Shown here: piece by piece, positions 20,119-28,780 of the stretch | Position numbering within the stretch: position 1 is the first letter of the stretch | How the letters are laid out: every line of letters begins with the position of its first letter | NCBI GenBank assembly: GCA_013203315.1 | Contig: JABMQJ010000026.1 | Location: forward strand, 32,001-96,000 | From: Candidatus Omnitrophota bacterium | GTDB taxonomy: Bacteria; Omnitrophota; Gorgyraeia; JABMRN01; RBG-13-46-9 | Reading direction: 5' to 3' | DNA length: 64,000 nucleotides | Position numbers and translations under genes: made by a program | The notes under the pieces: generated by a model | The model's database searches: none | The model's input: the letters and a program-made list of their open reading frames with translations, nothing else | What the model was told of the DNA's origin: nothing

Positions 20119-21082
20119 ATCCGACATAAAACGAATATTAGTTATAACGTTATCCAACCTTGGCGACATTATCCTGACAACGCCCGTTGTCGAAGTGCTT
20201 TCAAAAGAATTTCCGAAGGCAAGCCTGGATGTTATGGTAAGCCCCGTGGGAGAGGACATTTTTAAATCCCACCGGAGAGTGTCCGAATGCATAATATACG
20301 ACAAGAAGGCGACACCCCTTCAAAAATTCAAACTTTTTTTAACGTTACGCAAAAAAAAATACAATCTTGTAGTAGATTTACGAAATACGATTCTTACGCT
20401 TCTTCTCGGAGCCAAATACAACACCGGCCCTTTCAAGCGCGGGCTAAAAAACGATATGCACAAGAAAGACGTGCACCTATCCTGGCTGCAGGCTATAGGC
20501 ATTGACGCGTCAAGCGCTTCTTTTCATATTCCCATAGAGAATGCCGACGAAAAATACGTAGATAGCTTATTATCTAAATTAGGCGGAAAACCATTTATTA
20601 CGATAAGTCCGGGCGCAAAAAGCCATGTCAAAAGATGGGCGCTTAAAAACTTCGCAAAACTCGCTGATATGGTAAAAAATGATCTCGGGATTGAAGTAAT
20701 ACTCGTAGGTAACGAATTTGACAAGATTATTATCGAAAGAATTTTATTCTACATGAAAACCAAGCCGTTCAATTTTATAGAAAAAACAAACGTCCGCCAA
20801 CTTGCGTATTTAATTAAAAAAGCGAAGCTTTTAATAACAAATGATAGCGCGCCGATGCACATAGCAAGCGCCGTAGATACGCCCGTCCTTGCCTTTTTCG
20901 GGCCGACAGACGAAAAAAAATACGGCCCAGTGACAAAAACAAAAAGTAAGGTGTTAAGAAAAAATATAAAATGCGCGCCATGCGAAGTCCCTCAGTGCAT
21001 AAATGCGGCAAATAAATACGAATGCTTAAAAACTATCTCGGCAGACGAAGCATTCGCCGCAGTCAGGGAGTTGTTAGGATAA
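20108..21082 (+). CDS. GT9 heptosyltransferase-like
   Basis: LSNLGD, PGAKSHVKRW, NDSAPMH, FFGPT, CAPC. ATG 20108 preferred as start. Confidence 0.88.
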   Translation: MLDKSDIKRILVITLSNLGDIILTTPVVEVLSKEFPKASLDVMVSPVGEDIFKSHRRVSECIIYDKKATPLQKFKLFLTLRKKKYNLVVDLRNTILTLLLGAKYNTGPFKRGLKNDMHKKDVHLSWLQAIGIDASSASFHIPIENADEKYVDSLLSKLGGKPFITISPGAKSHVKRWALKNFAKLADMVKNDLGIEVILVGNEFDKIIIERILFYMKTKPFNFIEKTNVRQLAYLIKKAKLLITNDSAPMHIASAVDTPVLAFFGPTDEKKYGPVTKTKSKVLRKNIKCAPCEVPQCINAANKYECLKTISADEAFAAVRELLG

Positions 21083-21083
21083 T

Positions 21084-22100
21084 ATGCGCATACTGCTGAC
21101 AAGAACAGACAGAATAGGCGATGTAGTTTTATCAACGCCGGCAATTAAAGCGGTGCGCGATAAATATCCCGAAGCGCATATCGCGTTTATGGTAAGGCCA
21201 TACGCGAAAGATATTGTCGACGGTAACCCATACCTTGACGAAGTAATAATCTACGATAAATACGGTAAGCATAAAAGCATTTTGAGCACGATTTTGTTCG
21301 CGCTTCGGCTTAAGAAAAAGAAGTTCGATAAAGCCTTTATGCTGCACCCGACAAACCGCGTTCACTTAGTTGCCTACCTTGCCGGCATCCCGGAGAGAAT
21401 AGGCTTTGATAGGAAAATGCCTTTTCTTCTTACGAAAAAAGTTCCGCACATAAAGCAGGAAGGTAAAAAGCACGAGTTAGAATATACCCTCGACCTTCTG
21501 GCATCTATAGGTATAGAGGCTAAAGATAAAGAACTTTTCGTACCGGTACACGAAAATGATATCGAAAAGGTTGAAAAACTTTTAACTGAACACCATGTCG
21601 GTAGCGATATTCCATTAATTGCCGTGAACCCGGGCGCCAGCTGTCCGTCCAAGAGGTGGAAGCCTGAAAATTTCTCCGAAGTTTGCGATAATTTAGCAAG
21701 TAAATACAAAGCAAGGATACTGATCGTATCTGACCAGGCAAGCAAAGAGTTTGCGGACAAAGTGGTAAGCGGCATGAAGTACGAACCGGTCAACTTGGCG
21801 GGCAGGACCACTGTAGGCGAGTTGGCAGCCTTACTTTCAAAGTGCAAACTCTTCATATCTAACGATTCCGGCCCGGTTCACATCGCCTGCGCTGTCGAAA
21901 CGCCGGTTATCTCCATTTTTGGCCGAAAAGACCCGGGTCTTTCACCCAAAAGGTGGGGCCCGACAGCCGAAAAAAGCGCAACATTCCACAAAAACGTCGG
22001 CTGCGACCCATGCCTTGCCCACAACTGCAAAATCAACTTCAAATGCCTCGAAGCTATTACCTCGGTCGAAGTCCTCTCCGCCGCCGAAAAGCTTTTATAA
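21084..22100 (+). CDS. GT9 heptosyltransferase-like
   Basis: RTDRIGDVVL, PGASCPSKRW, NDSGPVH, IFG, CDPC. Confidence 0.9.
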   Translation: MRILLTRTDRIGDVVLSTPAIKAVRDKYPEAHIAFMVRPYAKDIVDGNPYLDEVIIYDKYGKHKSILSTILFALRLKKKKFDKAFMLHPTNRVHLVAYLAGIPERIGFDRKMPFLLTKKVPHIKQEGKKHELEYTLDLLASIGIEAKDKELFVPVHENDIEKVEKLLTEHHVGSDIPLIAVNPGASCPSKRWKPENFSEVCDNLASKYKARILIVSDQASKEFADKVVSGMKYEPVNLAGRTTVGELAALLSKCKLFISNDSGPVHIACAVETPVISIFGRKDPGLSPKRWGPTAEKSATFHKNVGCDPCLAHNCKINFKCLEAITSVEVLSAAEKLL

Positions 22101-22153
22101 GAAGCAAGAGACGCAATTCCTTTCCCCACGAAAATTTTTACTTCACATAAAAG

Positions 22154-22294
22154 GGGTAACCGGGAGACAAGGCAGTCCCGGCGCAGCGCCTCATAAGATG
22201 TGCCATAGTCAAAAGTACCTCATCCCATCGTTCCGATGGTATTCGGCACTTTTGACTGAAACTGCGCCGGGACTGCCTTGTCTCCCGGTTACCC
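22154..22294. repeat. Nested palindrome with 33-bp perfect terminal inverted repeat
   Basis: 22154-22186 is the exact reverse complement of 22262-22294. Inner stems are 22207-22219/22245-22257 and 22225-22230/22234-22239. Confidence 0.92.
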
Positions 22295-22369
22295 ATTAAG
22301 GGGCTCCTTCTTTACTAATAAACTAAGAGCTTGATGCTTACTTATTCAAATAGAAGGAGCCTCTTTTAT

Positions 22370-22572
22370 CGGAATGAGAGGGTATTGGCGAAAGCGGCTT
22401 TTTTGCGGTCTTGTAGGAGATCCTTTCTTTCCATAATCGCCTTGGACCGTGTCCATCTAGTTATTGCTATATGGACACGGTCCAAGGCTTATATAGCTTA
22501 CTACAATTTGTTGAAGAAGAAAGAGCTCCGTCGTTAGCGCCAAGCCGCACTCGCCAATACCCTCTCATTCCG
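22370..22572. repeat. Nested palindrome (22-bp outer and 18-bp inner perfect stems)
   Basis: 22370-22391/22551-22572 and 22439-22456/22471-22488 pair perfectly. Shorter intermediate stems include gcggctt/aagccgc. Confidence 0.9.
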
Positions 22573-22599
22573 TAAGGTTTGGGGAAAGCGAAAAAGGGG

Positions 22600-22627
22600 T
22601 TGAATAATGCGGCTGGGTCATTATAAT
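22600..22627 (+). promoter_or_regulatory. Sigma70-type promoter for polX (probably leaderless)
   Basis: TTGAAT (22600) - 16 nt - TATAAT (22622). ATG lies 7 nt after the -10 box and there is no SD. Confidence 0.65.
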
Positions 22628-22634
22628 TGATAGT

Positions 22635-24350
22635 ATGAAGAATCTAGAGATCGCGGAAATATTTAATAACATGGCCGATATACTCGAGATAAAGGGCGAG
22701 AACCCTTTTCGCATAAGGGCGTACAGGAAAGCTGCCCAGAATATTGAGGGTTTGAGTGAAGATATTGCGAAGATCGCCCGTGAAAAGAAGCTGGAGGACC
22801 TGCCGGGGATAGGTAAGGACCTTGCCGGAAAGATGGAAGAGTATATTGCTACAAGCAAAATTGAGGCTTATGAAAAATTGAAGAAAAACGTCTCGAAACC
22901 GGTCCTGGAACTTATGGACATACCCGGCGTAGGCCCTAAGACGGCCATGGTTTTATGCGATAAGTTAAAGGTAAAAAGCATTAGGGATCTAAAAAAGAAG
23001 GCCTGCGAGGGAGAGATAAAAGGCATTCCCGGCATTAAAGAAAAAACGATCACGAATATATTGCGGGGTATAGATTTCTTAAGAAAGTCAGAGGGAAGGA
23101 CACTTTTGGGGCAGGCTATTAAGATATCAGAAGAGATTATTGCCCGCCTCAGGAAATTACCGGAAGTAAAGAGAATCGAACCCGCAGGCAGCTTAAGGAG
23201 AAAGAGAGACACGGTAAGAGACATAGATATTCTCATAACCTCCGGCAACCCGCGCAAGGTAATGGATGTTTTTACGCGCCTGCCGGAAGTAAGAGACGTC
23301 CTGGCCGACGGCCCCACCAAGTCGAGTATAATTACAAAGGGCGAAGTTCAGGTGGATGTAAGGGTTGTTAAGCCGTCCAGCTTCGGCTCGGCGCTTTGCT
23401 ATCTTACCGGCTCGAAAAGTCATAATATCAGGCTACGAAAAATGGCGGCGCAAAAAGGCCTTAAAATAAACGAATACGGCGTTTTTAATATAAAAACAAA
23501 CAAAAGAGTAGCAGGCGCAGAAGAAAAAGACGTTTACAAAACACTTGATCTTCCGTGGATACCGCCTGAGATACGGGAGGATAGGGGCGAGATAGAAGCG
23601 GCCATGAAGAATAAGTTGCCGCGTCTTCTGGAATTGAAAGATATAAAAGGCGATCTTCACGCGCACTCGGATAGTTCAGACGGCGTGCTTAGCTTCGAAA
23701 AAATAGCTGCCATATGCCAAAAACGCGGATATGAATATGTTGTCATAAGCGACCACTCCAAGACCTTACGCGTTGCGGGTGGGCTAAGCGAAAAGGACCT
23801 GTTTGCAAACATTAAAAAGGTACAAAAACTCAATAAGAGATTTAAGAAAATACGCCTTTTGATAGGTTCGGAAGTGGACATTACTAGCGACGGCGAAATG
23901 GATTACGAAAACGATATCTTAAAGGAACTGGATTTTGTAATCGCTGCAATCCACTCAGGGTTCAAGCAGTCGAAAGCGGTCCAGACAAAACGCATATTGA
24001 AAGCGATGGACAATAAATACGTTAATATGATAGCGCACCCCACAGGTCGCTTGATGGGCGTAAGGGAAGGCTATGAAATAGATCTGGAGAGAATCCTAAA
24101 GCAAGCCAAGGCGACAAATACAGCGCTTGAGATAAACGCCTATCCCGAAAGGCTGGACTTAAATGACGCAGGCGTCGGCCGCGCGAAAGAATTTGGCGTT
24201 ATGATTGGTATAGCTACTGATGCCCACGTTGAAGACCAATTTGAAAATATGCGTTTTGGCGTAAGTGTTGCCCGCCGCGGATGGCTAGAAAAGAAAGATG
24301 TTTTAAATGCGCATGGCCTGGAAAATTTCCTGAAAAAGATTAAAAAATAA
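22635..24350 (+). CDS. polX: DNA polymerase X / PHP 3'-5' exonuclease
   Basis: GENPFRIRAY, HhH motifs, AGSLRR, DIDIL, TGSKSHN, GDLHAHS..SDG, IAHPTGR, TDAH. Confidence 0.95.
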   Translation: MKNLEIAEIFNNMADILEIKGENPFRIRAYRKAAQNIEGLSEDIAKIAREKKLEDLPGIGKDLAGKMEEYIATSKIEAYEKLKKNVSKPVLELMDIPGVGPKTAMVLCDKLKVKSIRDLKKKACEGEIKGIPGIKEKTITNILRGIDFLRKSEGRTLLGQAIKISEEIIARLRKLPEVKRIEPAGSLRRKRDTVRDIDILITSGNPRKVMDVFTRLPEVRDVLADGPTKSSIITKGEVQVDVRVVKPSSFGSALCYLTGSKSHNIRLRKMAAQKGLKINEYGVFNIKTNKRVAGAEEKDVYKTLDLPWIPPEIREDRGEIEAAMKNKLPRLLELKDIKGDLHAHSDSSDGVLSFEKIAAICQKRGYEYVVISDHSKTLRVAGGLSEKDLFANIKKVQKLNKRFKKIRLLIGSEVDITSDGEMDYENDILKELDFVIAAIHSGFKQSKAVQTKRILKAMDNKYVNMIAHPTGRLMGVREGYEIDLERILKQAKATNTALEINAYPERLDLNDAGVGRAKEFGVMIGIATDAHVEDQFENMRFGVSVARRGWLEKKDVLNAHGLENFLKKIKK

Positions 24351-24351
24351 A

Positions 24352-25149
24352 ATGAAAATTATTCTTATTCTGCTCTTATTGTTTTCAAGTATTTTCAGTC
24401 AAGCCCCTGTCCTGGCAGTAGACATGGATGATATTGTCCCGATTTCAGCCGAGAAAGAAAAGAAAATGGGAGCCGCTATATCTAAGCAGGTAGAAAAACA
24501 ATTCGATGAAGTTGACGATCCGCTTGTCCAAAAGCGCTTCGAGGAAATAGGGGCAAAGCTCGCCAAGGTTTGCGACAGGCACGAATTCGTATACCACTTT
24601 AAGGTTCTGAAGGCAAAAGAGGGCCCCAAGGAGAGGTATTACAACGCCTTTACGCTTCCCGGAGGGTATATTTATATGTTCGAGCCTTTATTAGAAGCGC
24701 TCGAAACCGATGATAAAATCGCCGCTGTTACGGCTCACGAGATCGGGCACATTTGCGGCCGACATGTTGTAAAAAGGCTACAGTCATCCCTTGGCGTTAA
24801 CCTTCTCATGATTTTAGCCGTTGTTGCTGCGCGCGATGGCCGGACAGTAGCGCACACAAATGAGGCCATAACTCAGCTTATGATGTCGTATTCGAGGGAA
24901 GATGAATTTGAGGCGGACAGATTATCCGTAGAATACGTTAAGAGAGCAGGGTTCGATCCGGAGGGCGTTTTAGAAAGTCTTCAAAGGCTAAAGGAATTAA
25001 GAAAAAAGGGGCCTGATCGGAGATACATAGACTACAGGAGCCACCCCTATTTGTCGGAGCGAATTGCCGCTGCGAGGAAAGAAATTAAAGGTTATGCGGA
25101 TTTCGATAGTTATATAAACTTACCGCACAAAGAAAAGACTTTCGATTAG
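24352..25149 (+). CDS. Secreted M48-family Zn metallopeptidase
   Basis: Signal peptide, NAFTLPGG, AHEIGH (HExxH), YSREDEFEAD, SHP. Confidence 0.92.
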   Translation: MKIILILLLLFSSIFSQAPVLAVDMDDIVPISAEKEKKMGAAISKQVEKQFDEVDDPLVQKRFEEIGAKLAKVCDRHEFVYHFKVLKAKEGPKERYYNAFTLPGGYIYMFEPLLEALETDDKIAAVTAHEIGHICGRHVVKRLQSSLGVNLLMILAVVAARDGRTVAHTNEAITQLMMSYSREDEFEADRLSVEYVKRAGFDPEGVLESLQRLKELRKKGPDRRYIDYRSHPYLSERIAAARKEIKGYADFDSYINLPHKEKTFD

Positions 25150-25161
25150 AGTTTCGGCAGG

Positions 25162-25584
25162 CTAAAATATCCCCAGGATCTTCCCGCGTATTATCTCGAC
25201 ATTTTTGAAGCGAAGCGCGTTAAAAGACGTGCCGTCAAACATGCCTTCAAATTGGATTGTTTTTCCTTTTCTGATGCTTTTGGCGGTTTCGAGGCCTATC
25301 GTAAGCACTAGTTCGTATGTCTCACCTTTGAAGCGTTTCGTGAGATACACTACAGCGTCATTTTTGGTACCGGCTACCTGCAAAACGTCTTTCACTCTTC
25401 CTTTTCCAACCGCAACTTGCCCGTTATATTGACGAACGGCGTCTCTTCTCTGAATAGAGGTCAGCTTTGTGTTGGTGAGGTCTTTTAATATCGTATTGAC
25501 GTTTAAGGGTTTTGCGTAAGTATATATAGGAGAAAACGCGATAGAGAGCGCGAGAATTAATACAAGGATTTTTGTAATCTTCAT
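25162..25584 (-). CDS. Secreted hypothetical protein (possibly OB-fold)
   Basis: Signal peptide (MKITKILVLILALSIAFSPIYTYA), GGAGG RBS, fills the intergenic gap, beta-rich C-terminus. Confidence 0.72.
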   Translation of the reverse strand: MKITKILVLILALSIAFSPIYTYAKPLNVNTILKDLTNTKLTSIQRRDAVRQYNGQVAVGKGRVKDVLQVAGTKNDAVVYLTKRFKGETYELVLTIGLETAKSIRKGKTIQFEGMFDGTSFNALRFKNVEIIRGKILGIF

Positions 25585-25593
25585 TTAGGCCTC

Positions 25594-25613
25594 CCTGCCT
25601 GCCGGTAGGCAAG
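25594..25613. repeat. Short palindromic element CCTGCCTGCCGGTAGGCAAG
   Basis: Near-perfect palindrome tgcct-gccggt-aggca directly upstream of the RBS of the minus-strand gene. Confidence 0.6.
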
Positions 25614-25730
25614 CTTTATATTTTTTTGGCTAGTTTTATAGACCATTCAAATATACCATAAAATAGACAAAAATACAAACAAAACAGGCCTTGACTTACA
25701 AGTTGGGCCGTGGTAAAAATAAATGAGGTT

Positions 25731-27746
25731 ATGAAATACATAATTAAAAAAGACATACCGCGTAAGTTTAAAAATATTGACTATAAAAAAGCATTAAATC
25801 CGGAACAACTCAAAGTTGTTACAGGAGCCGAGGGTCCGAGCCTTGTGCTCGCCGGGGCGGGCAGCGGAAAAACAAGGACCCTTATTTACCGCGTAGCCTA
25901 TCTCCTCGAAAAAGGCATCTCACCGCAGAATATTTTACTCGTTACATTTACGAATAAAGCCGCAAAAAACATGGAGGAGAGAATTGAGGGGCTTTTGGAA
26001 GCCAAGCCCAAGCGACTGTGGAGTGGTACCTTCCATCACATCGGCAACCGGTCCTTGCGCCTTTTTACGAAAGACCTGGGATACAGGCAAAACTACAATA
26101 TTCTTGACCAAGAAGATTCCGTTGATTTGCTCAAGGTTTGTATAAAAAACCTGAATATCAAAGTTCACGAAGAGCGTTTTCCACGCCCGAAGGTCCTGCG
26201 TTCCATAATAAGTTATTCCGTAAATTCCGACAAAACTATAGAGGAGACCCTGGAAAGGCAGCACCCCTATTTCCTGCGTTTTCACGATACGATACAAAAA
26301 ATTAAAGCAGAATATGATGCTAAGAAACTCTCATCCAGCAACATGGATTACGATGATCTTCTCGTAAAATGGTTATGGCTCCTCAAGAACGTAGAAAGGG
26401 CCAGGGAGAGATTTTCGAAACAATTTCACTATATTCTCGTAGATGAATATCAGGATACTAACAGGCTTCAATCGGCTATTATAAAGGAGCTTTCCGGATT
26501 ACATGGAAACGTTCTGGCGGTCGGAGATGACGCCCAGGCCATATATTCTTTCAGGGGGGCGGACGTGTCAAATATACTGCATTTTCCCAAAGAATACCCC
26601 GATGCGAAAATATTTAAACTGGAAAGCAATTACCGCTCGTCTCCTGAGATCCTGGATCTCGCAAACGACTCCATATCGTATAACAGGAATCAATTTGAAA
26701 AGCACCTAAGGACTGTTAACGAAAACGGCTCGAAACCCGCCCTTATAGAGGTAAGGGATATGCGCGCCCAATCAAATTTTGTAGCCCAGCGCATACTGGA
26801 ATTGCGTGACGAAGGGGTGGAGCTAAAAGATATGGCCGTTCTTTTCAGGGCGCACTACCAGGCGGCGGAGCTGGAAATGGAGTTCACAAAAAGAGGTATT
26901 CCTTTTATTGTCCGCGGCGGAATCCGTTTTTTTGAACAGGCGCATATTAAAGACGTTTTAGCGCATGCCAAGATTTTGACAAATCCTTTTGATGAGATCT
27001 CGTGGATTAGGGCGCTTTCCATCCAATCCGGTATCGGCACCGCTTACGCGGGCCGCGTTTTTAATGAGTTTTTAAGCTTAGGTGACTTGAATAAAATGAC
27101 AGGCAAAGAATTCGGAAGGTTCCTTCCGGAAAGATCCCGAAAGGGCCTTAAGAATTTCAAGAAAATAATGAATTCCATAGTAAATGAGGGATTGGAAAAA
27201 AGGCCTGACGAAGTAATCAGGCGAATTATTGATTCAGGCTACGCCGACTACGTAATGACGCATTTCGACAATGCCAAAGACAGGGTAGACGATTTGCATG
27301 AGCTTGTAAACTTCGCGCACGATTACAAGAATATAAAAACGCTTTTGCATGATATTACGCTGCGGGAGCCGTTCAAGGGTGAAACCATCACCGGATCACC
27401 TTCACACGATGAATATATCGTGCTTTCTACGATCCACCAGGCAAAAGGGCTGGAGTGGAAGGCTGTTTTTATGGTAGGGCTTTGCGAAGGGCAATTTCCA
27501 CACCCAAAGGCCAAGGAGGATCCGCTACAGCTGGAAGAAGAAAGAAGGCTGTTTTATGTCGCGGCGACAAGAACAAAGAGCGACTTATTCCTGTTGCACC
27601 CGATCACGAGGTATGATTACCAGATGGGGACAGTTATTTCACGTAAGTCATTGTTTTTAGAGGAGTTAAGTCCAGAACTCTATGATCATTGGGAGATAGA
27701 GGAAGAATATGCTGAGAATTGCGTTATAGATCTTGACAGGGGCTAA
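25731..27746 (+). CDS. UvrD/PcrA-family SF1 DNA helicase
   Basis: LAGAGSGKT, TFTNKAA, VDEYQD, VGDDAQAIYSFRGA, NYRS, STIHQAKGLEW, EEERRLFYVA. ATG 25731 preferred over GTG 25710. Confidence 0.93.
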   Translation: MKYIIKKDIPRKFKNIDYKKALNPEQLKVVTGAEGPSLVLAGAGSGKTRTLIYRVAYLLEKGISPQNILLVTFTNKAAKNMEERIEGLLEAKPKRLWSGTFHHIGNRSLRLFTKDLGYRQNYNILDQEDSVDLLKVCIKNLNIKVHEERFPRPKVLRSIISYSVNSDKTIEETLERQHPYFLRFHDTIQKIKAEYDAKKLSSSNMDYDDLLVKWLWLLKNVERARERFSKQFHYILVDEYQDTNRLQSAIIKELSGLHGNVLAVGDDAQAIYSFRGADVSNILHFPKEYPDAKIFKLESNYRSSPEILDLANDSISYNRNQFEKHLRTVNENGSKPALIEVRDMRAQSNFVAQRILELRDEGVELKDMAVLFRAHYQAAELEMEFTKRGIPFIVRGGIRFFEQAHIKDVLAHAKILTNPFDEISWIRALSIQSGIGTAYAGRVFNEFLSLGDLNKMTGKEFGRFLPERSRKGLKNFKKIMNSIVNEGLEKRPDEVIRRIIDSGYADYVMTHFDNAKDRVDDLHELVNFAHDYKNIKTLLHDITLREPFKGETITGSPSHDEYIVLSTIHQAKGLEWKAVFMVGLCEGQFPHPKAKEDPLQLEEERRLFYVAATRTKSDLFLLHPITRYDYQMGTVISRKSLFLEELSPELYDHWEIEEEYAENCVIDLDRG

Positions 27747-27976
27747 AAACAAGCTTAAACGTTGTTAGGTTATAAAAAAGCCACATTCTTACCCTTCTTT
27801 TTCCCCCCATTCTGTGCTATACTCTATGTAGAGTTAAATAAAGTGCTTGAATGAAGACAACGAGCAAAACGTAAGATTTTCGACAGGCATTTTTTTTGTC
27901 AACTAACTAAAAGCTTTAAAAAAGTATTACCTATATGTATGATGCAAGTTTTACGCAAGTACTGGAGGAACCCAGA

Positions 27977-28567
27977 ATGAAACATTTCACGGACGAGCAA
28001 TTGATAAAGAAAGCGAAGCGTAAAGATAAGAGCGCTTTTAGCGAGGTCATTGATAGGTATAGCGATAAGATGCTCGGGTATCTCTATCGATACGTGGGTG
28101 ACTATCAGAAAGCCGAAGACCTGACGGTTGAAACATTTTTCAACGCGTATAAAAGGCTGAAAACCTACACGGAAATGGGCAAATTCAGTTCGTGGCTTTA
28201 CATGATAGCGACAAACTGTGCACGGAAAGAGTTACAAAAAAGGGCCCGCTCCAAGGAGGTTTCGCTTGAAAAGCCTTTGGGCGTAGGGGCGAAGGAAGAT
28301 ATAAACTTAGGCGACTTGATAGCCGATGAAAAAACACGTCCCGATTACAACGCCAGGCAAACCGAACTTAAAGAGCTGATTTACAGCGCGATATCAAAGC
28401 TGGATAAAAAGTATAAAGACGTTTTGCTATTTTGCGATGTCGAAGGTTTATCTTATGAAGAGGCAGCCAAGATTTTGAAGTGCAATCCGATAACAATCGG
28501 CACCAGAGTAAGAAGGGCACGAATCATGCTATACAATACACTGCGAAGATATGGTTATGAATTCTAA
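27977..28567 (+). CDS. ECF (sigma70 group 4) sigma factor
   Basis: DEQLI, AEDLTVETF, FSSWLYMIATN, EGLSYEEAA, GTRVRRAR. GGAGG lies 8 nt upstream of ATG 27977. Confidence 0.93.
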   Translation: MKHFTDEQLIKKAKRKDKSAFSEVIDRYSDKMLGYLYRYVGDYQKAEDLTVETFFNAYKRLKTYTEMGKFSSWLYMIATNCARKELQKRARSKEVSLEKPLGVGAKEDINLGDLIADEKTRPDYNARQTELKELIYSAISKLDKKYKDVLLFCDVEGLSYEEAAKILKCNPITIGTRVRRARIMLYNTLRRYGYEF

Positions 28568-28589
28568 AACAAGGTGTCTATACCCTGTA

Positions 28590-28622
28590 TATGGGGGCGT
28601 CCCCATAAAGATGATTTTTTTT
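28590..28622 (+). terminator. Possible weak terminator after the ECF gene
   Basis: tatgggg-gcgt-ccccata stem-loop, but the T8 tract is 7 nt downstream rather than adjacent. Confidence 0.35.
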
Positions 28623-28691
28623 GAAATAAAGTGAAATATTCCGGGATTTAGGGGATTATACATAATAGAAGCTTAAAAAAGCTTGGCAAAA

Positions 28692-28780
28692 ATCTACGTG
28701 TTTTGAGTTTCGTATCTACGTCTTTTTTTATGTCCTGAAACTTAGGACATTTAAAAAGGGATAAATAAGGAGATCTACGT
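28692..28780 (+). promoter_or_regulatory. Structured leader of giant gene: 3x ATCTACGT, hairpin, SD
   Basis: ATCTACGT at 28692, 28714 and 28773. Hairpin atgtcct/aggacat at 28730-28750. AAGGAG at 28767-28772. Confidence 0.55.

Noticed and set aside
21919-22537. ORFs 21919-22299 and 22331-22537 as genes
   Set aside because: They run through palindromic repeats and show no RBS or protein-like motifs.
22154-22572. CRISPR array or tRNA
   Set aside because: The repeats are inverted and mutually unrelated rather than direct repeats with spacers. There is no cloverleaf or T-loop consensus and no cas genes.
285-27514. Minus-strand ORFs overlapping housekeeping genes, for example 14320-15102 and 9436-10011
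   Set aside because: They overlap well-supported plus-strand genes and have no independent evidence.
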